Source: Phaeosaccion multiseriatum
Lineage: Eukaryota > Protista > Ochrophyta, other classes
Direction of reading: 5' to 3'
Length of the DNA stretch: 64,000 nt
Assembly (NCBI GenBank): GCA_965112735.1
Contig: OZ218956.1
Location: 868,001 to 932,000 of the forward strand
The notes beneath the pieces are model-generated. The model ran no database searches, had not been told where the DNA came from, and saw nothing but the letters and a program-made list of their open reading frames with translations. Below are positions 49,998-64,000 of this stretch, piece after piece. A program made the translations under genes and the position numbers. The first letter of the stretch is position 1. Every line of letters starts with the position of its first letter.

Positions 49998-50678
49998 TGA
50001 GGAAGTTGTGGCGAGCCAGCCCTTGGATTCGATAGCGCAAGGTGACGTTCCTCCTCAGTTGCCAACCTAGCGGCCTCGAGAGGGCAGTAGGTCTGTAAAT
50101 AGCGGGCCGCCGCCCGGGCCTTGAGAGCGATCGAGTCACCACAGATACGGATATCGATTTTATTCCGATATCGATTTTACCAAGTTGGCCGATTATCGAG
50201 AAAGAAGAGAAAAAATCGCCCGTTTTTGAAGGGTCAGGGGAAGGGGGAGTGTTCTTGAAGAAACGCTCGTGAAAATATTAATTTTGGGGGTGATTTGGGC
50301 AAAAAATATACAAAATAAACAAATTAAAACTAAATAAAAAAAATAGTTCGAAATAAAATATCCTTTTTTTCTTTTCTTTTTTTTTGTTTTTTTTTCCTTC
50401 TCCAATCGTGCACGCGTCCTCCACCCTCTCCCCCCCCCTCCTCCTCACCATGACACTTTCGTCTCACACACAAGTCGTTTCCTATCAAAAAAATTGTTTG
50501 CCTCGCAATTAAAAATAATAAGTCAATTTTTCAATTTTTTCCCTTTGAACTCCAATCCCCTCTCCGGCCACTGATCCATACTCAACATACACCACCTTCC
50601 GACCACTCTACCACACTCCTTCTACACTCTGAGGCACAGTTAAGGCTGAAGAAGGGAAATAATCCTTCCAGATCTCGC

Positions 50679-51540
50679 ATGGGAGGCAATTATGGGTGAG
50701 TATCTTTTCTTCGTTGTCTTGGAACCAAACCCAGACCACACCTCACCCATCCCCATCCCCCCCCCCCCCTCTCTCTGTCTTTCTCTTTGTCTCTGTCTCT
50801 GTGTGTGGGTGAATGGGTCCATCAGGGTCCGAAAGTGATGACTTTGAGATATTTGACGAGGAGACGAGTGAGAGAATTGAGAAGGAGATCGAGCAAGGCT
50901 TGGATGAGGCCGCGGTCAGCCTCGGATTGGAGGCAATAGAGCTGAAAGGAGGATCACATCGGAAGGAAGAAGACACATCAGACGTGCCATTAGACAAGCG
51001 GAAGGGACGGGTTCTGACTGTGGAGCCAGAAATCGGCATTCACACCTTCCAAGACACCATTGCAGACTTGGAGATTCGGTAAGTTTGACCTCAGGTCTGG
51101 TCCTCCTTTTGGGTATTGTAACCTGTTCGCGGTGTGTCCCTAAACCTTGTTGTCGAACAGTGGCCACTTGGTGATCTTGGACCGGTCGTGCTATGTGTGG
51201 GTGGCAATGGCGGAGGGCCCAGGGCAGCAGGGAGCGCTGGTGACGGCGATGAAGACGAAATATGAAAACATTCCCACCGTCAGCGTTCTGCAAGCAGGGG
51301 TTGGAGAGAGCTTCAGGTCAGGGAGAAGCATGAGAACTTTTTTTTTCTCGCCTTCTTGCTTCAAACAAGACCCGGTCCTCTCTCTCTCTCTCTTCTTGTC
51401 TGGGCAGTCCTGGGATGGCGCAGCGGCTGAGCAAACGGACGGGAATGGTCGTCTTTGCGAGCTGCGAGCTACCGGACACGGCTTTCAATGCCCTGCCAGC
51501 TATCGAAGCGAAGGTCCTCGCGCTTCTCAGCACTGTGTAA
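50679..51540 (+). CDS. PSMG4: Proteasome assembly chaperone 4 (PAC4) with an acidic N-terminal extension
   Basis: IHTFQDTI...DRSCYVWV...LVTAM...MAQRLSKRTGMVVFASCEL...IEAKVL matches the PAC4 pattern; 4 exons. Confidence 0.8.
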
Positions 51541-51608
51541 ATAAACGCCTTTCGATCATGTGCATCGTCGAGCTCTACAGCTCTACAATGAGCCCGAATC
51601 AAAATTGC

Positions 51609-54600
51609 CTAATTCATGAAGCCCGTGCACTTGGAGCTCCCGCAGTGGCAGGGCAATCTGTCGTCGGCCTTGTCTGCCAACGGAAACTTGTAGTCATAGG
51701 ACAGCTCCTCCCCTACGCTGATACTGGCCTTGGCGTAAATGGCAATCTTCTTCACGCCGCCGAGCTCGATGATCTACGTAAGGGGCGGGTGGGGAGGGGA
51801 ACGGAGTCAACGAGAGCCAACTGATAGGAGGGAAGGGGCAGCAGCTTACCCTGGGGTCACAGTTTGCGTCGCAGCTGTGATTGATGAACCTTGCGAGGCT
51901 CCCCTTGAAGGTGGCGTCTACCACAGTCTCCTCGTCTACACGAAACATGTAGTCACTGCCGATGCGCATTTGTTCGTACAGTGCCTCACGCTTGTCTGCC
52001 ACTAGATTGCGGATGATCTCCCCCTTGTACTCAATCACCAAGTCTCCAGCGCCAATGGGCTCCTCTGTGTGCGCGTTTCGGAGAACAGCAGAAGGAAGGG
52101 GCAGTCAAATGAACGCAAAGAAACAAACAGACCGGTGCATTCAATTTATGCATACCTGCAAATACGCCCCAACTGTGAATAGGGCTGCGCCCAAACCGCA
52201 ACTGCTTCCGCCTAGCTTGCAGCTGGTCAAGCTTGACCAAGCCGCTCTCCACAAGCTCTCCTCCCTCTCTCCGCATTCTCCGTTGGGACAGGCGCTGCAT
52301 CCGATCCTTCTTTGTGGCGGCAGAAAGGGGCTCCAGCACGGAAGGCTCGAGCTCAGAGGGGTCTCCACCCTCCTGGAGCGTTGCAGGCACATCAGTGGTC
52401 CTGCAAATAGCCCTCCGGAGACCCATTGGACTTTTGCGTTTCTGGGAGGTGCGACCACCCATCTGCTTGTCCAGGGCCGTGTACGGTCGACACCTGGCCG
52501 CGGGTTCCATGTCGTCGTCGACGGCCATATCCCTATTGTCTCTCGAGAGCGCTGTTTGATCCGGCAGTCCGCTCTCCTGACCAACAGCAGCAGCTCGTTG
52601 ACGTGACGCATCAACATGCACATCCGGCCCCAGCAGCCACGCCACGCTTCGCTTCCGTCTCTTTCGGTCCCCCTCTCCCAAAGGAGGCTCAAGCTCCCAG
52701 TCATCTTCCGGGGCATGTTCAGGGGAAAGCTGCGTCTCCCCTGCTGGCAACACGTGACAGCCATCCCTGTGCTCAAGTCCCATTTCGCAAACACGCTCCT
52801 CCTCCTCGTACACTTCCGGCGGAAGGGTAAACACGCACGGCGCCGATTTAGCCGAACTCCAAATGTCGTTCAGCAGCTTGCACATAGACTTGACCGCTGG
52901 ATCCTGCTGCTTACTCGGGTTTCTGTTGGGGGCAAAGGCCTGTCTCTCCCTCTCCCACACTTCCAGCTGCGCTACTTCAGACGGAAACCCCGTTGCCCAC
53001 GTTGAGCCAACCGCAAACCAGCGAGTCCGGCGCTCGGCACTGCTTTGTCCGACAGTGGCCCAAGGAGTTACTGCCAGTCCTGCCGGGCCGTACTGGCGCC
53101 GCACCTTGCGCTGCAACGTGGCCAGCTTGGCACAGATGCACCCACTGCACACCCATAGCCTGGACTTGGAAGGGGGGCAATCCCGGAAAGAAGGAGCAGT
53201 CGCCGCTGGAGCGGATTCAGAATCCCCCTCCTCTTCAACAATTCGAAAGCCGCGTGGCAGGGCAATCTTCGGTGGCTCGTACGCCTCGCCCAAGTCATGT
53301 CGTTCGCCTCCTGCTGCTTGCGTTTGCTCTTGGCCAAGAGAGGCCTTCCACTGCTGCCGGAGGAGACGCCTGAGCACTCGTAGAGCAGGTTTTTGTGACT
53401 TGTCCTTTGTTGTGCGTTGACAAGAGACAAAAGGGAAAGACAGAGGGAGAGAAAAGTTTAGAATGCCAGGGCTGCTTCGTGCTCCAGCAGCCGAAAAGGA
53501 ACGAAGATTGCACAAACCTTTTTTTGGACCCCTGTAAAGCCCCTCAGTCTACGTATCACCAACGGTAGCTGCCAGCAGAACTCGTCGTCTTTCAGCACCA
53601 CAGCCTTGCCTGGGTTGGGTGATGATGATGCTGGGCCAGACGTACGCTCGTACCGCCTGGGCAATGGCAGCACCACCCATTCACCATCCCACGGAAGTAC
53701 CCCACCCGTCTCTGTAGTGTGCACATCAACAAAGCGCACGTAGTGACAGCGCAGGCTTGCATCGAAGGCCGTGACAATGGAGGCCCTCCAAAGGCCTCCG
53801 AGAAGCACTAAGGCCCCGTGACCTACGGCCGCTGCTCCTTCCGGTTCGCCCACGAGCTCTCCCTCCTCCCCTACGCCATGGGACCGGAGCATACGTGCCG
53901 AGAGCTTGTCTTCGAAGCGTCGGCAACGGACATGTACCCGCCTCCGACAATAGTAGCAGCACACCATGCTGCCCTTCAGACCGGCAGCCCCGCAACTGTT
54001 GCACACGTGGCGCATTCCAAGATTTGCCCCGTCCTCCATCCCACGCCCGGCCTGCAACGCCAAAGGCGAGGAGACGCGGCCTCTCTTCCGGCTTGGGGTC
54101 TTGGCTTCGTCTGCGCTCGGTTCTCTAACTCCTGCCAGCCCTTGGCCAGCAGCGCAGAAGCTTTGCCCGACCACAGCGCACCACCTCGCCTGCGCGCTCT
54201 TCTCCGCTCTCGCGCTACAGGGCCCGCATGTGCACAGGCCCAAGCAACAAGGCCCCGCCCAGGCCTTGTTGCTGTCATCGTCCACCGCTTCGTCCACTGC
54301 TGCAAGCCTCTTGGCGCAAATATCACAAAATCGTCTACCACAGCCTCTCGCGCGACACTTCTTGAGTTTCCTCCCCTCACTGACTCTTCTGCACCGATGG
54401 CAAATACGCGTGGACCTCTCATCCTCCTCCGCATTTCGATCAGTTTCCAGTTGCCCAGCAGGGCAAGCCGTCACAGAGGAAGAAGCAGCCTTGGCAATGC
54501 CAGCAGATACCTCAGCCCGAGGCATACATAGGCGCTTCTTCAAAGGGTGCATCTTGTGCACCTTCGGTCTGGCATCCGCAGCGGGGTCCTCGGCGACGCT

Positions 54601-56963
54601 CCGTGAAGTAGACACGACGACGGGAGGGGGGAAATCCTTGGCATCCTCTCGTACAAAGTACACATCAAGGGTGCGGCAGTAACGGTGGCTCAAGAAAAAC
54701 TCTGCTTGCATGTGATAAGGGTTGTTCACCACCTTCCCAGCGCAAGGATTCAGCCTCGCATCTCTGCAAGGGTGGACTCGAGTGCTTCTCACGGCACAGC
54801 AAGCCTGCACGCGGAGTGTGACCGGCTCCAATTCAAGCTGCCTTTCGTGTGGGAAAAGTCGATCATCCTCTACCACTTCAGACATGCGTGCCTCCTCATG
54901 CTTGACTCTGCACTCCTCAAAAACTTCGGCATTCCCGTGAACTGTAGCGTTCATTCCCTCTCGAGTGTCTTGGGGATACAGAACCCTGGTCACATCCAGC
55001 CATCGGCACGCCCCCGGCGGTGGATCCTCTCCCACCGCCACAACACGTCCAATGGGTGGGAACATGCCATCCCCCCTTCCTCCCAAAGCCTCCTGCGGGC
55101 TCCTTTCTGCTGCGCCCTTCAAGCCTATGTAACCGTCGCGCTCTCCTCTTCTCCATCGCCATCGACTGACGGCCCACTGCCAGTTATCCGCCTTACCCCA
55201 CTCGCTATCCCATGCATCTCCAATCTCTCCTCCTTCCTCCCCACCAGGACCAACCTCCAAGGCGTGCCTATTGAAGCGCTCCAGATTCCTTTGCCGCGGC
55301 CTCTTTGCGCTTGGGAAACGAGGGTCTTGCCAGTCCTCAAACACATCCTTCTTAACCCGCATGATGAGCTTTCCACTCGGAGACGGCTCCTGTTCTCCAG
55401 GCCTCGTCAGAATCTCATCAATGACCATACCGTCCTCTACATACTCCAAAACATGTACATCGGAATCCGCCGTATAGCTTCGGACCTTGGCCTCATACCA
55501 CTGTCCCTCCCCGTCCCACCACACTGACACATGCCTCCCCACTAGGCCTTCCGCCTCATCCTGACCACCGGCTCGCGGTTCCCTCCATTCATTCTCAGGC
55601 GGGTCAAGTCCCTGCCGCCCTTTCTCTCTCTCCCTTGGCCGTTCCCCACCGTCTTCACCCAATGTGCTGCGATTCCTCTTGTCCTTGGGAGCTGCAATTG
55701 CCCGCTTGGCAGCCTTCTCAGACGCGCAACGCAGAAAGACATAGTCTCCGGGCTTGAAAGTCGGTATACTCGCTCCTGAGCAGGGGTCTTTCTCCTTTGG
55801 TTGCGAGGAGGGGGCCTCTCCTCTGTGAGGAGAGCCCCCCTCCTTGCGACGCCTCTCCTCACAGCCCTCACAAGTCTCTCCATGTACCAGAGCCTGAGAC
55901 CGGTACTGCAGCAGCTTGTCCCTGGCCCCGGAGCGAATGAGGAGAGGAGCAGCGCGCAGTAGGCTGTCCTTCTTCCAGAGCCCCCCTTGCTTGGCGGTCG
56001 GAGTAGCGCAACTCTCGCCTACGCTATCCTCACCACTGGACGAGCTTCCTCCTTCCTCGTCTTTCTCATCCTCGTCCGCCTCCTCTTCCTCCTCCTCCTC
56101 CTCCTCCTCCTCCTCCTCCTCCTCCTCCTCCTGCTCCTCACCCTCCTCCTCAACCCCCCCCCCCCCCCCCTCCTCCTCCCCCAGTACGTCCCGCGAGCTA
56201 TTCACCTGCTTGGACACCGGGCAGACCCCCGCTCCACCAATCGCCTTTCTGACAGAGCTTCCCCTGCGCCCAGCCTTTCGGGCCTTCCCCTTCCCCTCGC
56301 CAGTATTTTTTTCAGTCTGCGAACCCTGGTGCTTCTCAAAATTGGTCGGATACTTGTCGTACGTGTACACCTCTGTCACCCGCTTCGCCCGCCTGTTTGT
56401 GGAGGTAAGCAGCAGGCTGTAAGCAGCAGATTTAGGCACAGGGAACATCTCCTCTCTCTATTACCTTGTAGTTGCCAAGATGATGTTTGTGGTGTCCAGT
56501 CCGGATTCAGTCCTCAGCTTTTGCCGAGAGGTGGCACACATTTGGCAGCTCTCGGCTGCGGCATCGTTGAGGAAAGTACAGGTGAAGCACCCCCAGCGTC
56601 CTTCACCCTCCTCCTCCTCCTCCTCCACCTCCTCCTCCTCCTCCACCTCCTCCTCCTCCTCCTCCTCCTCCTCCTCCTCCTCCTCCTCCTCCTCCTCCTC
56701 CACCTCCACCTCCACCTCCACCTCCACCTCCACCACCACCTCCTTCTCCTCCTCCTCCTCCTCCTCCTCCTCCTCCTCCTCCTCCTCCTCCTCCTCCTCC
56801 TCCTCCTCTCCTCCTCCTCCTCCTCCTCCTCCTCCTTCTCCTCCTCCTCCTCCTCCTCCTCCTCCTCCTGTTCCTCCTCCTGTTCCTTACCCCCTCCGTC
56901 CACAATTCCCTTCCTCTTCTTCCGCCCCTCCGTCTTCTCCTCACTCAGCATCTCCATTAGCAT
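51609..56963 (-). CDS. SET1/Trithorax-family H3K4 methyltransferase with RanBP2-ZnF, BAH-like, two Tudor-like, zf-4CXXC_R1-like and PHD-like modules; start uncertain; 1-bp frame break near 56808
   Basis: SET: RFGRSPIHSWGVFA, EYKGEIIR, DYMFRVD, ARFINHSC, YDYKF. Post-SET: CHCGSSKCTGFMN*. Win-like motif AARCRPY. RanBP2 finger WGCFTCTFLNDAAAESCQMC. Confidence 0.9.
56607..56885. repeat. (TCC)n/(TCCACC)n tract encoding poly-E/EV in the SET gene
   Basis: Direct reading. Confidence 0.95.
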
Positions 56964-57145
56964 GCCCCTGAAGTTGAAAGCGGCGCATCGGAGGCTGGTC
57001 GTTGCCCGTGTGTATCATATTGGCTTCGTTCCCCCCCTCAATAATTTGTTGGCTTACTTCTTCTTGCCCTCAAATACACACAAACCCTGAGGGGAGTGTC
57101 AGCAGGCATAATACACACCAAGCCTTGAGGGGAGTGTCAGCAGGC

Positions 57146-58516
57146 ATGCCCTCGCTTCCTTCCGCGTCTATGATAGACGTCGTACAGGAGTATGCGCAGC
57201 GCATCATCGCTGTGCTCTTGGCGTGGCCGTGGGGCAAGATTGCCGCTGCCGGGGGAGGGGTGTTCCTGCTGCTTGTTGCCCTGTTCGCCTATGCCATGCT
57301 CTTGCAGGAGAGGAAAGCTTTCCCGACCGTGAGGGCCGCCAAGTTCATTCCCGTCGTAGTGGGGTGGATGATAGGCTCGCTGGTGTTCAGCATACTCAGT
57401 GTGCCGATACACATTTTCGGCGGCACGCAGAGGGGCCGATACGCAGCGCACCTCATGTCTTCGTACTGGGCAAGGCGGTTAATGAGGTAGGAAGGAAAAG
57501 AGGAAGGAGGATGCAGGGCACGTTCGCTGTCTGTGTGGGGGGCGTCTTTTTTACACATCTTGCTCTCCCTGCCCACGCCCTTGCCCGCGCCCTCCGAATC
57601 ACTTGACAGTTCTTTGTCCGTGCCCGAAGTTGTGGGCGTCGAGAATCTGCCAGGTCCGGACGATGGGCCCGTCGTGTTCGTGATGAATCACTGCAGCACC
57701 GTGGACGTGTGTACCTTCTACTACTGCGGCAACGTGAGTTTGGTGGCTTGCTTTCGCCACGTCAAGCCTGAGCTTGTCGCTTAAGGGCTTGACTCCCCGT
57801 TTTGCGCTTCTCTTGACACTAAATTCTCAGCGAAAATTCATCTGGGTGGCAAAGAGCAGCGTATTCATGGTGCCCGGAGTGGGCTCGGTCATGCGTGCAT
57901 CAGGGTACGTCAGCATTAAGCGTGGAAGTCGGGACAGCGTCAAGCAAATGTTCTCCGACTGTCGGCAACGCCTCAAGGAGGGCTGGTCAGTGGCCATGTT
58001 TCCACAGGTGAATGGGGGCTGGGTCAAAGGGGCAGCAGGAGTGCGTGCTAACCTTGCCTTTCTATTCTCGTGTGCCAACGAGCAGGGAACGAGGAGACGG
58101 CTAAAGATATTAGACTTCAAGTCGGGAGCCTTCAACTTGGCCGTGGAGGCGGGTGTACCCGTCGTGCCCATGACAATTTTTCTTCCCGAAGACACCTTCT
58201 TCATTGGAAGGAAGGGCCCTTCTGCCAAGATTACAGTTCATCCAGTACGTACTTGTGATCATATACACCTATCGGCGCAGGTGGTTCGTCCTGCCCGCCT
58301 TGACACCTGCCGCCCCCCCCGGCCGCCCCCCCGCAGATGTTGAAACCGGGCGACGCTGACTACGGCGACCCCGAGAAGATGACGAAAATATGCTTTGACC
58401 GCGTGGTTGGGGCACTGCCATACGCCAAAGCGATGCTGGAGAACCAGGCCAAAGAAGCCGACGAGAAGCAGCGGGGCGAGAACACGACTGACAGTTCAAA
58501 TAAGAAGCTAAAATAA
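57146..58516 (+). CDS. 1-acyl-sn-glycerol-3-phosphate acyltransferase (PlsC/LPAAT family)
   Basis: NHCSTVD (HxxxxD), WVAKSSVF, GYVSIKR, FPQGTR, FKSGAF, VPVVP; two N-terminal TM segments. Confidence 0.93.
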
Positions 58517-58574
58517 AAATTAATGCAATTATTATTCTTTTAAAATTAAATTAAACGAAAAAAAATGAATTTAA

Positions 58575-60007
<1,433 letters not shown>

Positions 60008-60161
60008 ATGTGTTACCAAATAAAAGTCTCAGCACTTCCAGATGATGCACAGATCTCTGTTATGTATTCATCTGAGACTGTAGGACAGTCCAAGGTGTGG
60101 TGTGGTTGGGTTGGGTTGGATTTGTATTAAACAAACGTCTTCTGTACAGCGCGTTTTTGAC

Positions 60162-61590
60162 TCATTGACTCATGTACCACTTGTTCTTGGTTCGATAGAA
60201 GGACATGACCTGTGCCGGACGGAAAAAGAGCGGGGGGCAAGAAGGGAATTAGTTTCTGCGCAGAGTATTGAAGGCGAAGGGGGGAGGGGGTTTTAGGTTT
60301 TGTTGCTGACCTGGTAGAAGGCGAGTAGAAACACAACTGAGCACACGGAGACAGCGAGACTCCGGCTCGAAGATTCTCGCAGCCGAGGCGCCACCGTGGC
60401 GAGAAAAATAGCTGCTCCGCCCGCGATGAGGTTCAAGAAGCCGATGATGAAGCCCTCAAATACGAACTGCTGATTTGCCTGCGGGCGGGTGCCAGGAGAA
60501 AGGGGGGGGGTAAGACGGCGAAGAGAGGTTTTGTTGCGGGCAAGAAAAAGGATCCCACCTGGGGATGGAAGAACATGACATTTCCGGTATGCTTGTCCAT
60601 ATGAAACGAGGGAGGCGAGCGGATGATGTCAAAGACACCGCCGCTGATGCTGAACGTGTAGAAGAAAGCAGTGATGGCCATCCATAGCCAGCGATTCCGG
60701 ATGACGCCCAAAATAAAACTAAAATTGGTCAGAGCCAAATAGCCTAGTGCGATGAGGCAGCACAGCAAGATAGCGACTGCAAAAACAGCCTTCATCTGTG
60801 ACCGGAGGATGGGGATGTCCAGGCCTGCAGCAAGAGGGTGTGTGTGCACAAGCGGTCAGAGCTCTGGCGCGAAGTCGCCTTGGTGGGACACACCAAATTG
60901 CGCCCTCTTCCCACCTGTCTTGAGCTTGACAAACTTTGCGAGCGCGTCCGCAGTTATCACCGACGACTTGCTCCTGAACTCGTTCACGGGGTCGACCTGG
61001 TAGCGGTCCTCCGCCGTAACCGACACCCGCGGCCCAAAAAATTTCACCTTTGGGACCTGCTGTATACCCATCTGTCGAGCCAGCAGGGTGGTGGGAGGAG
61101 AAGGGAATCAGTGTGTGTGTGTGTGTGTGTGTGCTGAGAGAGGCCTGCCTAAAGCGCCTGCACTTACCTCAGTAAAAGTATGGCGATTTCTGGAGAAATC
61201 GGACACTGCGAAAAAGACATCTCTGCTTCCCTTGAATGCCTCGGGGCCTTCAGAAGCTCTAAGAACGCGCTTCAGCTCCGCATGACTAGCGGCCAGGACG
61301 TTTAGCTCCTCCTCCACAGTCGAACAAGAATCGCAACCATACTCGCTCCCCCTTGCCGTGAAGAGGACGACCAAGGAGTAGAATCTTGGGCTATCGAGGG
61401 CATAGAAGTCGAGGTTCTTGTCGTCCAAGTAGATTAGCGGGAGGTTACTGCTCGCCAGTTGTGCTGTCAACATCTCTCGCCGCCTCTCTGCCGACACTTT
61501 CTTGCCTTTGAGAGACTCCATGTCCGCCCAGCATAGCACTACAGACAGGAAAATGGTAGCAAGGAAATAAAGGCAGCGCACTGATCCCAT
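60162..61590 (-). CDS. Oligosaccharyltransferase OST3/OST6 (MAGT1/TUSC3) family subunit
   Basis: Signal peptide; PRFYSLVVLFTA...GCDSC thioredoxin-like domain; ISGGVFDIIRSPP; QQFVFEGFII; ends FYRTKNKWY. Confidence 0.93.
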
Positions 61591-61698
61591 CGTGTGTTTT
61601 TTTTATTTATTGACTTTACTAGTTTGACAGTTGGAAAGGTGGAAGAGTTGGTTCTCCAAGTCTTGGCTTGGCTTCTGCGCTGAGGCCGGGCGGATAGG

Positions 61699-63148
61699 AT
61701 GGAGGGAAGTGGTAGCTGGACGAAGCCAGTCCCAAGCCTTGCCGCCTTGGAAGCGCTGGTGCGGGGTCGGCCACCTCCAGCTGTCCAAGTTCAAAGAGTG
61801 AACCAGCTTGATTCCAGGTTGGTGCTGGGCCGCCTCTCGCCTCCGACAACGACGCCATTCCATCTTTAAACGCTGCCTACCCCGTGCCTCGCTCAGTGTG
61901 CTGGATGGGGAGCTTCAAAGCCTTTTGCGAATGCAGCTCACTCGAGTGTTTGGGTCGAGGGAGGTACGTGGCTCCGCTCCGATAAGTCTCTCTCTCCCTT
62001 TGTTCTTACCCACTCCTGTAATACACTCCCGTCTTCGTTCAGTCGAGCATGCTGCAACGGTTCTCGCCGGAAGTGGCGGCGCTCTTCGACTTAATTCTAT
62101 TCAGGTTTGGGAGAGGGGGGCGGGGATGGGTTTCCTATCCTAGAGGCCAGTCCTAAACCCTGTACGCGAAACAATCAACACAGGTTCAGCGTCGCACGAA
62201 GCCGTCCCACGCCTGGTATGCGGCTGCAAAATCTCGCTTTCAGAGACGAGAGAGTAGCCAAGGCGGGAGAGGAAAGGGGTGCGGGACCGAGCAGGAGGCA
62301 GCGACTGCTCTACGGCGTCTTACTTGTCGGTTCGTATCCAGTCTGGTGTGACGAAGCCCATGCTTTGTCCACCACTCCTTTGTCGTAGTCTCTGTTCTTC
62401 TGAGCACATGCTTGCGACTCCTCCCCGGGGTACAGGTGTACCGTATGCGTTTACGCGGCTGCGGCGCCACGGACTCCTTCACGGATGGGCAGACGGGGAG
62501 CGAAGGATGGCAGGCCAGGAGGAGAATACCAGCTACTACTGGAAGAGGAGATTTTGGCTCTTCCTGGCAAAGCTGGACAAATTCTACCGATTCGCGTACC
62601 TCCTCAATCTGCTGCTCTTTTTGCGGCAGGGCAAGTACCCACACCCAGTGCACCGCCTTTTGCAGATGAAGATGGTGTACGATGTGCCAGGTGCCTCTGG
62701 AGAAGCATTGCCTGACAGGCTCATCAACTACCATCTGCTCAATCGAAATTTGCTTTGGGAGCACTTTACTAGGACGGCGTTGACTCTATTGCAGCTACCA
62801 GTCATGGACTTGGCAAGAGTGAAAAGGGTCGCAGCAAAGTGCAAACGGAACTTTGGAGAACGCTTTTGGGGTGGAGCAGGGGGTGGGGGGCGGAGAAGAG
62901 GAGGAGGAGGAGGAGGAGCAGGAGGAGGAGGAGGAGTGGACAGCGACTCAACGATGCTGTTGAGGCAAGAGCCGGGGGCGTGCGTAGAGTGCAGGGCGGC
63001 GCAGGCCACCAATGCGTACGTTACAAGCTGTGGTCACACTTACTGCTACTACTGCCTAAAGGCGGCGTGTCTGGAGGACGAGGCCTACTGCTGCATTGAA
63101 TGCGGAGACAAGTTCAGCAGCTCCATGCGCTGGGACATTCCAAAATGA
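61699..63148 (+). CDS. PEX2: Peroxisomal RING peroxin Pex2
   Basis: QRVNQLDS.VLDGEL, PEVAAL, TPGMRLQNL, FLRQGKY, NRNLLWEHF; RING CVEC...CGHTYCYYC...CIEC. Confidence 0.92.
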
Positions 63149-63176
63149 AGTACTTCTCTGTCTGGCTACGAAAGTC

Positions 63177-64000
63177 TCACGTTTTGGGGGGAAGGCTTGC
63201 GCCCAGCGCTCGAGCTCTCTTGGCGCCCATCTGTGAGATCTCAAGCTTTCGCTCCCAGTCCTTTTTTTCCTGCTGCAGGCTGTAGAGCAATGCTTTTTGC
63301 CGAATGTAGTCGTCCACGTTGGGCATCTTACTGGTGTCCGCCTGCTGCTGACCCAACCTCTTGACCAAGCGCTGCTCCGACGAAATATCAAGTGCCCCCG
63401 TCTTGTTCTCCTCCACGAGTCTGTGCAGCGTTTCCGTTCTCCCCCAAATCTCCTTGTTGAGCCACTCGCTCTTGGCCAGGAACTGGCTGAGCTTCTTCTT
63501 GAGTAGATTGAGAGCCTGCACCGTCTTTCCTGTCATCATTTTCAGCTTGAGCAGCTCGTCGTTGCGCTCCTCGATGCGACTAACGTACTGCTTGTTCTCA
63601 ATCTGGAGCTGGTGGAAGTCAATGTAGTGCAGCGCGTCCCCCATATCGTCCTTCTGTCGCAATTGGGCCTCCACCTTCAACACCTGCAAAGAAACAAGAG
63701 ACCAGATGTGAGAGCGAAGTTCCTGTCGGGAAACGCTGCTGGCGCACTGACCTTGCTCTTCAGGGTGGCGTTCTTCAAGCGAAGATTCTCAGTCATGGCG
63801 TCGTGCTGCCGCAGTTTGTCTTCCATGTAGCGAACCACCTTCTCCGCTATTGTCTTGCCTGTCCGCATGTTTTCTGCACCAACCACGATGTCCCTCTTGA
63901 ACTCATATGCCTCCTTCTTCAGCTCGGCAATACGAATGTCATTCTCTTCCAGCACAGCCCGCAAAGTGTCAATCAGCTTGTCGCTATTCTTCTTCGACTC
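63177..64000 (-). CDS. CCDC113: CCDC113/CFAP263 (DUF4201) ciliary coiled-coil protein, 3' part; 5' end lies outside the window
   Basis: AYEFKRDIV, AEKVVRYMED, LRLKNATLK, GDALHYIDFHQLQIEN, NDELLKLK, PNVDDYI. Confidence 0.85.

Noticed and set aside
49605-50405. ORFs in the GA-rich and AT-rich intergenic block
   Set aside because: Low-complexity translations with no recognisable motifs.
55916-57090. Poly-Leu, poly-Ser, poly-Arg and poly-Gly ORFs
   Set aside because: Antisense or off-frame readings of the poly-Glu tracts in the SET gene.

Overview
This is eukaryotic nuclear DNA, compact and intron-rich (mostly ~70-150 bp GT-AG introns), from a flagellated protist; a stramenopile/ochrophyte alga is my inference and cannot be proven from the window. 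The left end (1-4633) is a satellite array of 187-bp and 163-bp monomers with higher-order structure. Next to it is a degenerate tyrosine-recombinase (DIRS-type) retroelement relic containing a perfect 27-bp inverted repeat with palindromic cores, then a 21-bp minisatellite. From 7.4 kb onward there are about 22 tightly packed genes that almost always alternate strand: CCDC177-like coiled-coil protein, small Cys-rich membrane protein, Pam16, single-chain urease, RCC1/UBR-box/IQ protein, DYRK kinase, PP4R1, ThrRS, SPAG8-like EF-hand protein, kelch membrane protein (5.36-kb CT/CA intron, duplicated basic exons), 4x zinc-ribbon SSSCA1-like protein, POP4, small 2-TM protein, NSE4, sterol-desaturase-family protein, PSMG4, multidomain SET1-family methyltransferase, LPAAT, ubiquitin-RPS27a, OST3/6, PEX2 and partial CCDC113. 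Gene spans are start-to-stop including introns, with exon joins read by eye. No database searches were run.
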